A stretch of DNA of 63,986 nucleotides, the filler included, from Stramenopiles sp. TOSAG23-6 (lineage: Eukaryota): assembly GCA_900128565.1 (NCBI GenBank). It is 6 parts of 6 records of this genome, joined end to end, with 100 filler letters (N's around TTAATTAATTAA, not from the genome) between each part and the next. Parts side by side here need not be neighbours in the genome. Positions count along the whole stretch, not along the records: positions 10,725 to 21,335 come from LT636300.1; positions 21,436 to 32,044 come from LT636301.1; 4 more parts are not named here. One strand, given 5' to 3'. Each line of letters begins with the position of its first letter. Positions within the stretch are counted from its first letter, which is position 1. Positions 11,792 through 22,802 of this stretch are shown here, piece after piece. The translations under genes and the position numbers were made by a program. The notes below the pieces were generated by a model. That model had not been told where the DNA came from. It saw nothing but the letters and a program-made list of their open reading frames with translations, and did not search any database.

Positions 11792-11800
11792 GCAGGTTTG
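11792..11800 (+). promoter_or_regulatory. GCAGGTTTG candidate promoter motif (representative copy)
   Basis: Recurs in upstream/divergent intergenic regions at 6172, 8924, 9749, 11792, 14841, 22380, 48268, 55888. Confidence 0.6.
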
Positions 11801-11915
11801 TTCATTTTTTTTTTTGCGAGTTTTTTTTGAAACAGAAAACTAATTTTCAAATTTTGTGTAAGAAACAACTAATCTCAAAAGAGACTCTTATTTAATATCA
11901 TTATAGCGATGCAAC

Positions 11916-12458
11916 ATGCCTAAATTACGTTCAGGAAGGATAATTAAGTTTAATTCCTCTACTCCAACATTGCCACCAAAACAACCTATGTCAGCTACAG
12001 TGAGAAAAACATATCATGGTCAAATTCGTCCAATAATTGGTTACAGACCTATACCTGGGAAGGGTTTTGAAACAATTTCGTGGTCAAAAGTGAATCTGTT
12101 TACATCAAAAGAAGAGTTTAAAAGGTTTACAAAGAGTTTTAATCGTTCGACGTATAGTAAAAATAGTAGAGACGAGAAAAAAGAAGTGAAGCATTCACTG
12201 GAAGAATGTAGTATCGATTTTGATCAATCTAAAGTACTTGCCATAGTCGACCGTCATCCTTTCGCAGAGTATAAGTTTACGTCAATTAAAATCGTTGTAA
12301 CCAAGTTAAGTGTTTCAGTTGAGCTTGAGCGTAAAAGGCAGCTCGCTGCGCCTAGCAAAATAGGATCTTACACAGCCTTTGTCATTGATGGAGTAAGTGA
12401 AATAAATCAGTGTTCAGTCTCCGGATTTGAGGATGATGTTATGGTAGATATTCACTGA
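11916..12458 (+). CDS. Hypothetical protein (C-terminal half weakly resembles PrcB C-terminal domain)
   Basis: Intronless 180-aa ATG ORF; IDFDQSKVLAIV...SYTAFVI pattern. Confidence 0.6.
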   Translation: MPKLRSGRIIKFNSSTPTLPPKQPMSATVRKTYHGQIRPIIGYRPIPGKGFETISWSKVNLFTSKEEFKRFTKSFNRSTYSKNSRDEKKEVKHSLEECSIDFDQSKVLAIVDRHPFAEYKFTSIKIVVTKLSVSVELERKRQLAAPSKIGSYTAFVIDGVSEINQCSVSGFEDDVMVDIH

Positions 12459-12871
12459 GAAGAATAAAACCTCCTCCTCTTAACATATACTTTTCTATTG
12501 TGTGATTGATAATATGACAATAAATCAATATCATTTTTTACTTTTTCACTTAGTTCTACAGTAGGGTCAATAATTTTTATTTATGATTAATTACATGTTA
12601 TTTTATTTATTTGACATTTTCAAACGAAGAATAATTTTCATTCCCTTTCCAAAATTATCATTCAAGATTTTTCCCATTCAGCGTAATAATACGTTTCATA
12701 TATTTTTCCAAATCCATCTTATCCTAACAATTCCCACATTTTTTTCACAAAGGACAGTGAGGCATTAGGGTTAGTTTCCAATTGAGTGGAACATCCACTT
12801 AGACAAAGAATATTATAGTACAGAATAATACATACTCAATACCATTTCCAGTTTGTCATCATTAATTTCAT

Positions 12872-14591
12872 TTATTGATCCTTTGTTACCATTTGCTGCG
12901 GCTTAGGAGGCACACGCACAAACGGTTGCTGGGAATAAACGTGAGGTGGTTGTCCGTACATCAAATGTTGTTGCTGCATGAGCTGTTGATTTCGCATTAC
13001 ACGAGAGTAATCTCCCATCATCATCGGATTCATATTATTTGTCATTGGGATTCCTGGCATTTGATGACCGTGGTAGCCCTGCTGTGTTCGCATATACATT
13101 TGTTGCTGCTGAATTTGCATTGGAGACATGCCATGTATTGTAAGAAAATATTTTTTTTAGAAAAAATCGTTAGGTACAAATTTTGATAAAAAAAAATTGA
13201 GGTAAAACTTAATGGTAAATACATACATGCATCATGCCCGGCATCATGGTTTGTGCTGCAACTCGGGTCATCGAAGCTTGTGCAGCAGCCGCTTTTGCAC
13301 CACCAGGGACAAACACGCTGGATTTCGCATTAAGCTTTGATGTAATTTTTAGTTTGGATTTGAGTTTTGACTTCTTTGGTGCTTCAGCTTTATCAGGTGT
13401 TGCAGCCTTCGCTTGATCATCTTTTGCATCATAAGTATTTTCAGTTTTAACTACTTCATTTATTTTATTTGAAGACTCTACTTTATTGGTAGGAGAATGT
13501 GTAGTATTTTCATGAGTCTTTGTCTGCTTTTGGTTACGTGCAGCTGTAAAGCCTTCCCAAGCATTCTCAGTCACTTTTTCATTTGACGGCGTTTTTTCGC
13601 TTTGTGTTTCGGCATTTCGATTTCCAAGAACACCGGAATAACGGTCTTCAGGGTCCAAGTTAGCATTTGAAACATCTTTTTGATTTCTTTCTTCCTGAAT
13701 GTGAAAGTTTGAACTTTCTGTTCCTTCAATTTCTGACGCGATGCGGGAAGCACGTTTTTTCATTTCATCCGTTTGCTCACCGGCTCCAGGCAAAGCAGTT
13801 GTGTACAGAGACTCATCAAAATTCGACTCGACATTAAACAACCTTTTATTTGCTTCAAATTGATCCCAACTGCCCGTAGCGTGTGTTTCCTCTTTGAAAT
13901 TGTCAGGCATATCACCACTGATCCATTCTGAACCAACGCCTTGCAACTTCCGACCGACTAGGTTTGATATATTTTTCCCTTTGTTTCGCCCAGAGCTGAT
14001 ATCAGAATCAGTAATAAAACCAGGCATACCAGTACGCCTTGTTGGATTTTCAAACAAAGATTCTACTTCCATAGCCCACAAAGAAACATATTCAGTTGAG
14101 TGGAAGAATGCATTTTGCTTATGTGCGGAACTTTTAGCGAACAATGATCCTTCAGTGGTGTTTTTGACTTGGGCACACTTCAGAAGAATTTTATGTTCCT
14201 GCTCGTTTTCTTCATCAATTTTCAATGAGGCAAATACCCCCTCAATAATAGTTCCGTCTTTTAATGAAATACCAACAACACTACCTACTAAGCTTACGGT
14301 TGAATAGAAGAACCGATCTTTTTGTTGGTTATTTACGCTGGTGTCATTTCCCTTCGTTTGTTGCTGCGAATTTTGACCATTTCTTCCGCGTTGAGATCGA
14401 GGATTGGAATTATTTGGTGATTTGCGAGCATCGTTACGGGATCGCGAAGAACGATCACCATTACGACTGCGACCACGCCCACGACCGCCGTTGGTTCCAC
14501 GGCCAGCTGGACGCTTGTTCCCACGAGAACGACCCCCAGATTCGTTAGAGGTGCTTTGGTTTCCTGCAGCATCTCTCCACGAGCGGTCCAT
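12872..14591 (-). CDS. ATXN2: Ataxin-2/Pbp1-like protein (LSm, LsmAD, PAM2, Q/M-rich tail); exons 14591-13227 and 13132-12872
   Basis: FITDSDIS, WDQFEANKRLFNVESNFDESLYTT, HIQEERNQ, EDRYSGV, SKLNAKSSVFVP. Confidence 0.9.
13133..13226 (-). other. GT-AT intron (phase 0)
   Basis: ATG CAT|GTATGT...ACAATACAT|GGC ATG joins in frame to ORF 12872-13129. Confidence 0.85.
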
Positions 14592-14989
14592 TTTACCCGG
14601 TGGTGACGCTTTTTCTGTACCTAGAACAATTTTTACGTAACAAATGCAGGAAAGGGTATAAGCGCCAACAAATATGACGTGGGGTTTTAGTTTAGTGAGT
14701 ACAAAAAATTCCAAAAATTATTATTGAAACAAGAATAGGAATGGGTTCAGCAGGTGCAGACTGTGTGCGTTCAGCATCTGATCATCCAGATCATCGCGCG
14801 TATTAGGGTTCAACTTCGAAGAAGAAAAAAAAACAAAAAACAGGTTTGTTCATGAAAACAAGAATTATTTTAAAGAGGAACTGATCTTGAGATCAAGAAA
14901 GAACTCGAGAACTCGTATATATATGAGAACTGAACATAAAAATGCAATAAAAATAGAAGTATATTTATTTCTTGCATGTAATAAACAAG

Positions 14990-16562
14990 ATGGAGTTGCC
15001 CTTGGTATCAACCAAAGAGTCAAAGGAAGATGTATTAGCCGCTCGAAGGAAGAACGCTCGTCCTCCAGCGGTTGGAAAAGCTTTCCGGAAACTTCAGCAA
15101 GAATTACTTGTGCTTGAGATCCCCAAAGAAGGTCAGTCCCGGTATGTACACCTTCGTCGTGGTGAGTTGCTTGAAAAAGCACGGTCTTCAATGCTGATTC
15201 CAAAAAAAAAAGAGCCCGTTTCAGTTGATCAAACACCATCTAAGACTCCTCGGAGTCCTCGTTGGCGAAAGAAAGGATTATTTGGACGTTATGCACCTGG
15301 AACTTTACAGTCTCGAGATTTGCGTCGTCTTGATACTAACTTCGCAAGTTCCTCCGACCCTGAAATTGTTGTACGCCGCGGTTCTTTTATCGCAAATCTC
15401 GGAGATATAAAGACCCTGACTCTTTTTGATCGTTGTTTTGTTGTTGTTCCTCCTGGAGCTGACTCCATTTTAAGCATTCTTCTCAAGACGTTTAACACTC
15501 CTGATGTAGATGATAGTGACAATGAAACAGATGGCCTAAATTTGGTTCCAAAGATATCTGCAGAAGTACCGTTTGAGTTCCACATTCTTGAAGCTATCTT
15601 GCGCACAGTATGTTCTCGAGTCGTAGAAGATGTATCACAAGTTCAACCGGCGGTGAAAAAGTTAATGGTAAACGAGTCAATTTCCGCTACTACTTTTCAA
15701 GATATTCGAAAGGAAACTCTGAGAGTATCAAAACTCACCCAAAGAATAAAGGGTCTTCAACATGCTATATCAGAACTATTAGCTTCTGATCGTGATATGG
15801 CATTACTAAGCCTGACACGTGTCAGAGAGCACCCTGAGTGGTATTTAGAAGAGAATGCCAAGGAGTGGGCTCAAGATCACGAAAATGCAGAACTCTTATT
15901 AGAACATTATGTATATCTTAATCATGAATTTTTTACCTAAATTTTTTTTTCATACGAAATTTTNTTACNTANCAANTTTNAGTTTTTTTTTNAANATTNC
16001 TTTCATAGTACATGTAGCAACACTTGATGGAACTTTACAAACTCTAAAGTCATTTGAAATGGAACTCGCTTCATTATCAAATAATATTCGACTACAATTG
16101 GATATGTCCCGTAATAGTCTGTTACGTTTTGAATTGATCATTTCTTCAATCAATTGCGTTGCTGCCTGTGGTGCTTTTGTCTTTGGAGCATTGGGAATGA
16201 ATGTTGATGTGGAAACGGCATTTGATGTATATATAGACGAAAATTCTAAAAATTCAAGCGATGGAACAAATGCATCATCATCGAGACGAACTGGTAATAC
16301 ATTTTGGTACATATTTGGATTCGTCACTTTGTTTTGTGTAATAACTTGGGCATTGTTTATGTGGTATATGTACGTTTTCATCACCATGAATTTCTAATTT
16401 TTTTCCCGTAAACAATTTGTACCAAATTCCGTACCTAACAAATTTTACATTTGACATATTTTTTAAAAATACATGTTTCGGAAAGGCCATATGCTCACAA
16501 TTACACCCAACGAATACTCACGACGTTTATCCTTCAGTCATAGCCGTACTAAACAATCGTGA
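14990..16562 (+). CDS. MRS2: MRS2/CorA Mg2+ transporter; exons 14990-15910, 16014-16369, 16475-16562
   Basis: RDLRRLD, PFEFHILEAIL, ELLLEHY, LDMSRNSL, GMN motif, two TM helices. Confidence 0.93.
15911..16013 (+). other. GT-AT intron (phase 0)
   Basis: CAT TAT|GTATATC...TAGTACAT|GTA GCA restores LLEHYVATLDGT. Confidence 0.85.
16370..16474 (+). other. GT-AT intron (phase 2)
   Basis: TAT AT|GTACGTTTTC...AAATACAT|G TTT CGG AAA GGC gives WYMFRKG after the last TM helix. Confidence 0.82.
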
Positions 16563-16676
16563 TATATATACAAGGTACCGTATCATTCACATTTTTATAA
16601 TATTAGTATGTGAAGTCATAATTTAGTAATGTTTTAGTTTATGTTATTAAAATTCGATTAATTTAAATTTTTTTCT

Positions 16677-17309
16677 TTAAATTTTTGTCGCTTGACGTAA
16701 AAATAATCGAAATCCTTTTTTTCTCTTTCCTATATCAGTTAAACCTTTACTATCGTTATTTTCTCGCATATATCTGTTCAAGTTATATTGAAAGTCTGAT
16801 TGCAATGATTTTTCTTTTTCTCGTTTTATTTTCCACTGACGGGGTGGACTCTCTTCAAAAAGTTGTTCAGATTTTTGTAAAATTGAGTACTTCTTAACTA
16901 ATTCTTTATCACGTGGTTCTTTTTTTTGATATATTGATACATTTGGAGCAATGAATTTCAAGAATTCAGCATAAGGTATTTTACCCTCATTATTTGGATC
17001 AAGATGCCGTATTACCTCTTCAATTCGCTCTTCACGGAAGAGACCTATTGACCTAAGTATTCTTGTAAAAGCAACGTCAGTCAAACGACCAGTTTGTAAT
17101 TTATCTGTTGACTCAAATTTTGCTTTAAACTGGTCGTGTTGGACAGTGAAACACGATCCCCATTTTTCTAGCTTTGCTTTTGTGATTGAAGCTTGAGCAT
17201 ATACATCAAACATACTCAACTTTTGATTTCCTTTTTCTTTTTTTACCTTTTCAGAACTGATAACCTTTTTTACTGCAAAGCGTAGCTTATTTGATAACTT
17301 ATTTGCCAT
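16677..17309 (-). CDS. EF-hand protein
   Basis: DKLQTGRL and DPNNEGKIPYAEFL loops. Confidence 0.75.
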   Translation of the reverse strand: MANKLSNKLRFAVKKVISSEKVKKEKGNQKLSMFDVYAQASITKAKLEKWGSCFTVQHDQFKAKFESTDKLQTGRLTDVAFTRILRSIGLFREERIEEVIRHLDPNNEGKIPYAEFLKFIAPNVSIYQKKEPRDKELVKKYSILQKSEQLFEESPPRQWKIKREKEKSLQSDFQYNLNRYMRENNDSKGLTDIGKRKKGFRLFLRQATKI

Positions 17310-17673
17310 ATTTGTGTCGTATGTTGCAGGCAGAAGCTACGATTTTATTTGTTGAGAACTTGTGTAAGCATATGAAATAAATAAAATCCGTCTTGAACTC
17401 GTTGTAATCGTCTAACTCTACTGAATTTTACTAGAAATGTGGCACACTATAAAGATAAATTAATTCAATAAGCTATAAACGCTAAATCCGCGCGAGGATC
17501 CTGTACTGGTTGGTGCAGTAAGTTTTAGTTAATTAATTATTATAGGTAGCAGGTCTGGTCAAAAAGATTCGATTTTTTGTAACCGTTTCGGTTTGCTTGA
17601 AGAAGATTTCTAAAAGTTAGCTTCATAGGTCGGTCATTCACGTAAAATTCTTTAACCTGAAAGACAATTTAGA

Positions 17674-20045
17674 ATGAAAAGCACACAAGGACAATCTATA
17701 TCAGATGGTGAAGAGATTCCTGAATTTTCAATCCCTCCACAGGAATATTCCGGTCAGTACGATCCTTATACAGCTCTGCAGGAGGTGACAGGATACATAA
17801 GTTATTACCCAGATGATGATTACGCAAGAGTTATGGCGAACCAAAAGAAAGCGTACAAAAGTTCACGTAGTCCCCGCAGTCCACGTAGTCCACGTAGTCC
17901 ACGATATAATGACCAACATTCAGGGGGAAATGAGCGTGTTCGGGTAGAAAAGAAAAGTTCAAAGTTGACTAATCCCTCTAATTTGGTCACAAATTTAAGT
18001 CACCTCGGTTCTCGGCCAGGGTTACCAAGAAAAACAAAGTCACTACAAGATCGACTTATAGCGGCATCTTCAGGAACTAATATGAACATGCGCCAAATGC
18101 AAGGCAAAGCAGCGCAACTTGTACACAGTTCAACTAAAAGTATGGCCCGGAAAAATAGGAAAAATTCACTACCCAAAGTTGGAATTATGGATAAAAATGT
18201 TTTATCTGCGTTACATGCAAAAATAAATGCTGGTGGTGGTGGTGGAAGGAATAGTCAAGATAGTAGAAGTAGTTCTTTGTTGCGCCAGAATTCAAAACTA
18301 TCAGGAGACATTCGAAGGAAGGAACAACAGTTGAATGCAGCCGCGAACAAAATCAAGGATATGAAACAAAAAATTATAGCACTACAAGCTCAAGTGAGTA
18401 ACCAACAGACTTTGATTGTATCTCAAAAACGTATCGTTAATTCTTTATCATATTCGTCAGTAACGAATAAGCGAAATAATCAACAACATAAGGGGAAAAA
18501 AAATGTTCAGAACTTGAGTAACGACCCTCAAGGTCTTCACCCAACCAGTAATAATACTAATATTAGTAAAACCGTTTTTCCAAATACTTCAAACATTTTA
18601 GAATTGAATAGCAAAAATAGTAATAGTATTGATAATAGTAATGAAGCCATTGCGAGGACAAAACTTGCTCATGAACTTTTGTTACTCTCAAGAATGAAAC
18701 AAGAAAAAACAAAAGACTCAAAAAGTAACAATGATATAGATGATGTGACTTATAATGTTGAAAGCTTGCTTCGGTTCAGAGAAAACAAAAAGTTCAGTGT
18801 TATTGGCCTCCCTCAGGACTTTCAAAAATTGACCCTTGCCCTTGCCGAAGCACAGGATTTAAATACTTTAAAAGCTATGTCAATATTATTATATCAAGGC
18901 CTTCAAGGTATAGAGAAGGAATCAAAATCCAATAATGTTTATAGTTTGGTTGATTCACTCCAGAAGAAAATGAAATTTATGTGGAATACTGATATTGTAC
19001 AAATTTGGATTGTTGATACGAAGAAACAAAATTTAATGTGGACACGAGGTGTAGCTAAAAATATTATCAATGCAAATATGAATGATGGTCTTATTGGTGC
19101 TAGTATTAAGAGAAAAGAACGAATCTTTGTGAGGCAAGCCTTTAGTGACCCACGTTTCGTAGCCGCTGTTGATGGTGCATCAGGGCACAAAGTAAGATCA
19201 TTTATGTGTCTACCTTTAATGAGTCCGTCGAATGGCAAATGTCTTGGATGTGTACAAGTTTCGCACTCTAAGAAATTGTTAGATTTCGATGCAGTAGATG
19301 CAATAATATTGAAGCTTGTAGGTTATAAATGTGCTGCTCTGATAGATTCATTACAAAAACAAACAATTGCAGCTGCCAATAATACGAGACAATCATTGTT
19401 ACTGGACGTATATAGCCGTGTATCACTCTCCTTAGGAGACCCATTCAGTTATAGCTCAATAAAGTTTGCAAACAGTATTGAAGAAGAGGCTCGAAAATTT
19501 CTACGATGTGAAGAAGCTAAAATATTTATCTGTGATTCTCCCCCAGTTGATAAAGATTGGGTATCTAGTATGGAGTCAGTTAATCCAAGGCGTCTTTGGA
19601 GTGTTAAGCAAAATACTTACAGTGACTCCATGAAACAACAGTGGCACAGAACTGGAGCTGGTGTTTGTTGGAGTGCTGTAACAAATAGGGAAAGTATCTC
19701 AGGAAGAGATATAAATACTATTCCTCATTTTAATTCTAATATTGATCTGAATACGCGTTTGAGTTTTCTCTGCGTCCCAGTGATAAGTTCAAATCTCCAA
19801 GCTATGTACGTTTTCATTCATAATGTTTTACCTACTTTTTTTTCATAGAAAATTTTGTACCTAACAAAACAAATGAACTTTTTGTGACATCTTTTTCACA
19901 ACACATGGGAGCGCTTGAAATTTCTATAGCGACTTCAAATGCAGAGGAAATCGAGAGAATGAAGAAACTAGCACTTTTATTTACTAAACAAATTGCAAAT
20001 ATAATTGATCAGTATTGGAGAGTGGAATATATCAAAAAAAAATAG
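17674..20045 (+). CDS. Coiled-coil plus tandem GAF-domain protein; exons 17674-19805 and 19907-20045
   Basis: AFSDPRF...VDGASGHKVRSFMCLPL and PHFNSNID..TRLSFLCVPV..MGALEI GAF motifs. Confidence 0.85.
19806..19906 (+). other. GT-AT intron (phase 2)
   Basis: GCT AT|GTACGTTTTC...CAACACAT|G GGA GCG CTT GAA completes the second GAF domain. Confidence 0.87.
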
Positions 20046-20143
20046 AAAAAAACACATGATTTAATTGACATGTTTAACCATAACAAATGAAATAAACACA
20101 TACTTTAATTTTATATTAGTTAAACATATCGATATTTTGTAGC

Positions 20144-21269
20144 TCAATGAAACTTTGAGAAGGAATTCCCACGACTATGTAATGTAGGAGTCGATTTTGA
20201 TTTTCTTAATCCTGGCAGCTTAGTAGATACATAATGTATCCTTTGTTTTATACTCGTGAATGAATGGGCCATGGCAGATTTTATAAGTTTTGATGTCCGC
20301 ATTACTTCCATGGATTCATCAGCAGATATAACATATATACGAACAAAAGATAGTCCGATTTCTAATTTATCAAATGGCCAATATTCTATTGTTGGATTCA
20401 ATTCTGGTCTTTCAGAATTTGCAAACCACCACGATCCAATGACCATTCCATGATAGGATGCCATCATTACAAATAAATGCCAAAATGCGTGTAACTGTGG
20501 GTAAGGAAAGTTCCAACTTGTCCAAAATTGACAGAAAAATTTGTCATTAATCCAGCATGTAACAGCCAAAATAAACCAAATAAGGCCATGTGTAGCAATT
20601 GCTCTCATTTTACGTTTATCATCTATTGTATTAAAATGCATTTGTCCGAGTTGATGCTTATTATTATTACTATTTGATAATTTATATTCATTATGCAGAA
20701 CAGCAAATATAGGAGCTCCAAAAGAAAACAAGAAAAAACAATTTAGTTTTGGTTCCACATGTATTGTGAATATATATATATATTTGTTTTTTGCTTCTAC
20801 AAAAATTCGTTAGGTAAGGAATTTTCTATGAAAAAAAAAATGTTGGTAAAAAAAAAAAATTGAAAACGTACGATACTCAAGAAAGTAAAGACAATACCGA
20901 CGAGAAGCATCAAAAGCTTAAACACACCTCGATTTCCATTTATACGTTCTGGGAAATATTTTTTAGGACACCATAGTGCAATACAACATATGAGCACCCA
21001 AAGAATCCCCCACTCATCAAATAGTTGACCAGAGAGAGATAAAGTTGCATGAAAATATCCAGAGCCAGCTCCAACTACCATTAACAAAATAAATGCAAAG
21101 TTTACACCAGCATCCACGTAAACACTATATGGTATATATTTCCATATCAACACTGGAGGTACCACTATAAATGGAATATTCGAAATTGTATTATAAAATT
21201 CGGCGATATATTGTGTAACTTCATAGTTACCTTCACACCAGTCGACTTCAGAGGTACCGGAAAACCAGG
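20144..21269 (-). CDS. ACER: Alkaline ceramidase; exons 21269-20872 and 20758-20144; 5' end missing
   Basis: SEVDWCEGNY, IAEFYNTISN, GSGYFHATL, GQLFDE, CWIND..FC, PQLHAFWH. Confidence 0.95.
20759..20871 (-). other. GT-AT intron (phase 0)
   Basis: AGT ATC|GTACGTTTTC...ACAATACAT|GTG GAA CCA gives FLSIVEPKLN. Confidence 0.88.
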
Positions 21270-21335
21270 CTGTATTCTGAAAAAATATTTCAAAAAAAAT
21301 CGTTAGGTACAAAATTTACTATAAAAAAAAAATTC

Positions 21336-21435
21336 NNNNNNNNNNNNNNNNNNNNNNNNNNNNNNNNNNNNNNNNNNNNTTAATTAATTAANNNNNNNNN
21401 NNNNNNNNNNNNNNNNNNNNNNNNNNNNNNNNNNN
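21336..21435. other. Artificial contig linker
   Basis: N-TTAATTAATTAA-N, 100 nt. Confidence 0.97.
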
Positions 21436-21496
21436 CATCATTGGTACAAACTTTCGTACCAAAAAAAAAAATTAAAATTTCATGATGAAAACGTAC

Positions 21497-22249
21497 AAGA
21501 TAACAGCGTCTCCAGATTGACATTCTGGTCGTATTCGAGGTCTAAGTTTCTTCCTTAGAAGGGCCAATAGCATTTGTTTCTTAATGTCACGAGTAAGTTT
21601 ATGTGTCATTGGACGAATTTCAGTCGGACCCATATCAATCTCAATATCATCCAGAGCAACAAAGCAATTAAGAACATGTGCAGGTAGATGGTTTCGTGCT
21701 CCAGGTCTATGGCTTCCGTCAGTGTGCCACTGTTGATCAACTGCACCTGGAAACGAAATCAGAAGGTCACAGTATATTAAGNNNNNNNNNNNNNNNNNNN
21801 NNNNNNNNNNNNNNNNNGGAGTGGTAGCCATCTCCTAAAACATTATTCGAGCTTAAAAATTGATGAAGGAATACACTTTCACGAAGACCTAATCCCAGTT
21901 GACTACTGTACATATCTTGCATGTTGTAGAGCAATTCAAAGCGACCAGTGGTACGTTTGACTACTTCTGCATAACCGTGTTTTGTACCATTTTTTAAACG
22001 AATGCCATCAGATTGAAGTTTACCCAGACATGAAATGAAGTTCTTTAATGCATGGGCATATAATATATTCATCATTTTTGAAGGGAAGAGATTCCGGATG
22101 TTGACGACTCCATTCTCATGGAATATATTTGCAGCTATACTTGCATTCGGGGAGCTATCACTAGCATATGCGTCGACCGTCACACGCGTCGCTTCATCAA
22201 TAGAAATGTTTCCCTTTGATAAGAATCCGCTAGAGCAAGATTGTCGCAT
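21497..22249 (-). CDS. PhyH-family 2OG/Fe(II) dioxygenase, partial (N gap inside, 3' end missing)
   Basis: SFPGAVDQQWHTDG, FVALDDI...MGPTE, GDAVIF; family donor TT|GTACGTTTTC at 21496. Confidence 0.85.
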
Positions 22250-22802
22250 TCAGAAGAAATCAAATTAGGAGTTTCCAACTTCCAAGATTTTACTTTTATT
22301 TCACACTAAGTCTTGTTTAATAATGAATAATGATGTGCTGATTGATGATCATTGATCATGATGATGTGTGTTTGTTGCAGCAGGTTTGTTTCACTTTCGC
22401 GGAATTCGTTCAACGCCTGTAAAATTGAAATTCCAAGAACTGGCTTCGTTGCCTTCGTTCAGTAAATTCGAAATTCGTCAGATTTTAACTTGTTAGGTAC
22501 GAAATTTCGTATAGATTCAATTTTTCAAATTTGATTTCATTCAGTGTTATCTTGTTTCAGTGAGAGACCATACAGTAGATCCCGTATCGTATCCCGTATG
22601 GTATGGTTTCGGCGTACCCTACAGCATAAGAGCAAACACCGATATTTGAAGAGCTCATCTTCATTGAATACTGTGCGCTAATTTTATAGACTTTAAAGGA
22701 GTTGTAAGTATTCTATATAACGTATACTCAGTACACGAAAATCTCATAAAACGTAACCCAAAAAGGTAAGAGTCAGATCAACGAAGGACTAGGCGCACAT
22801 TG

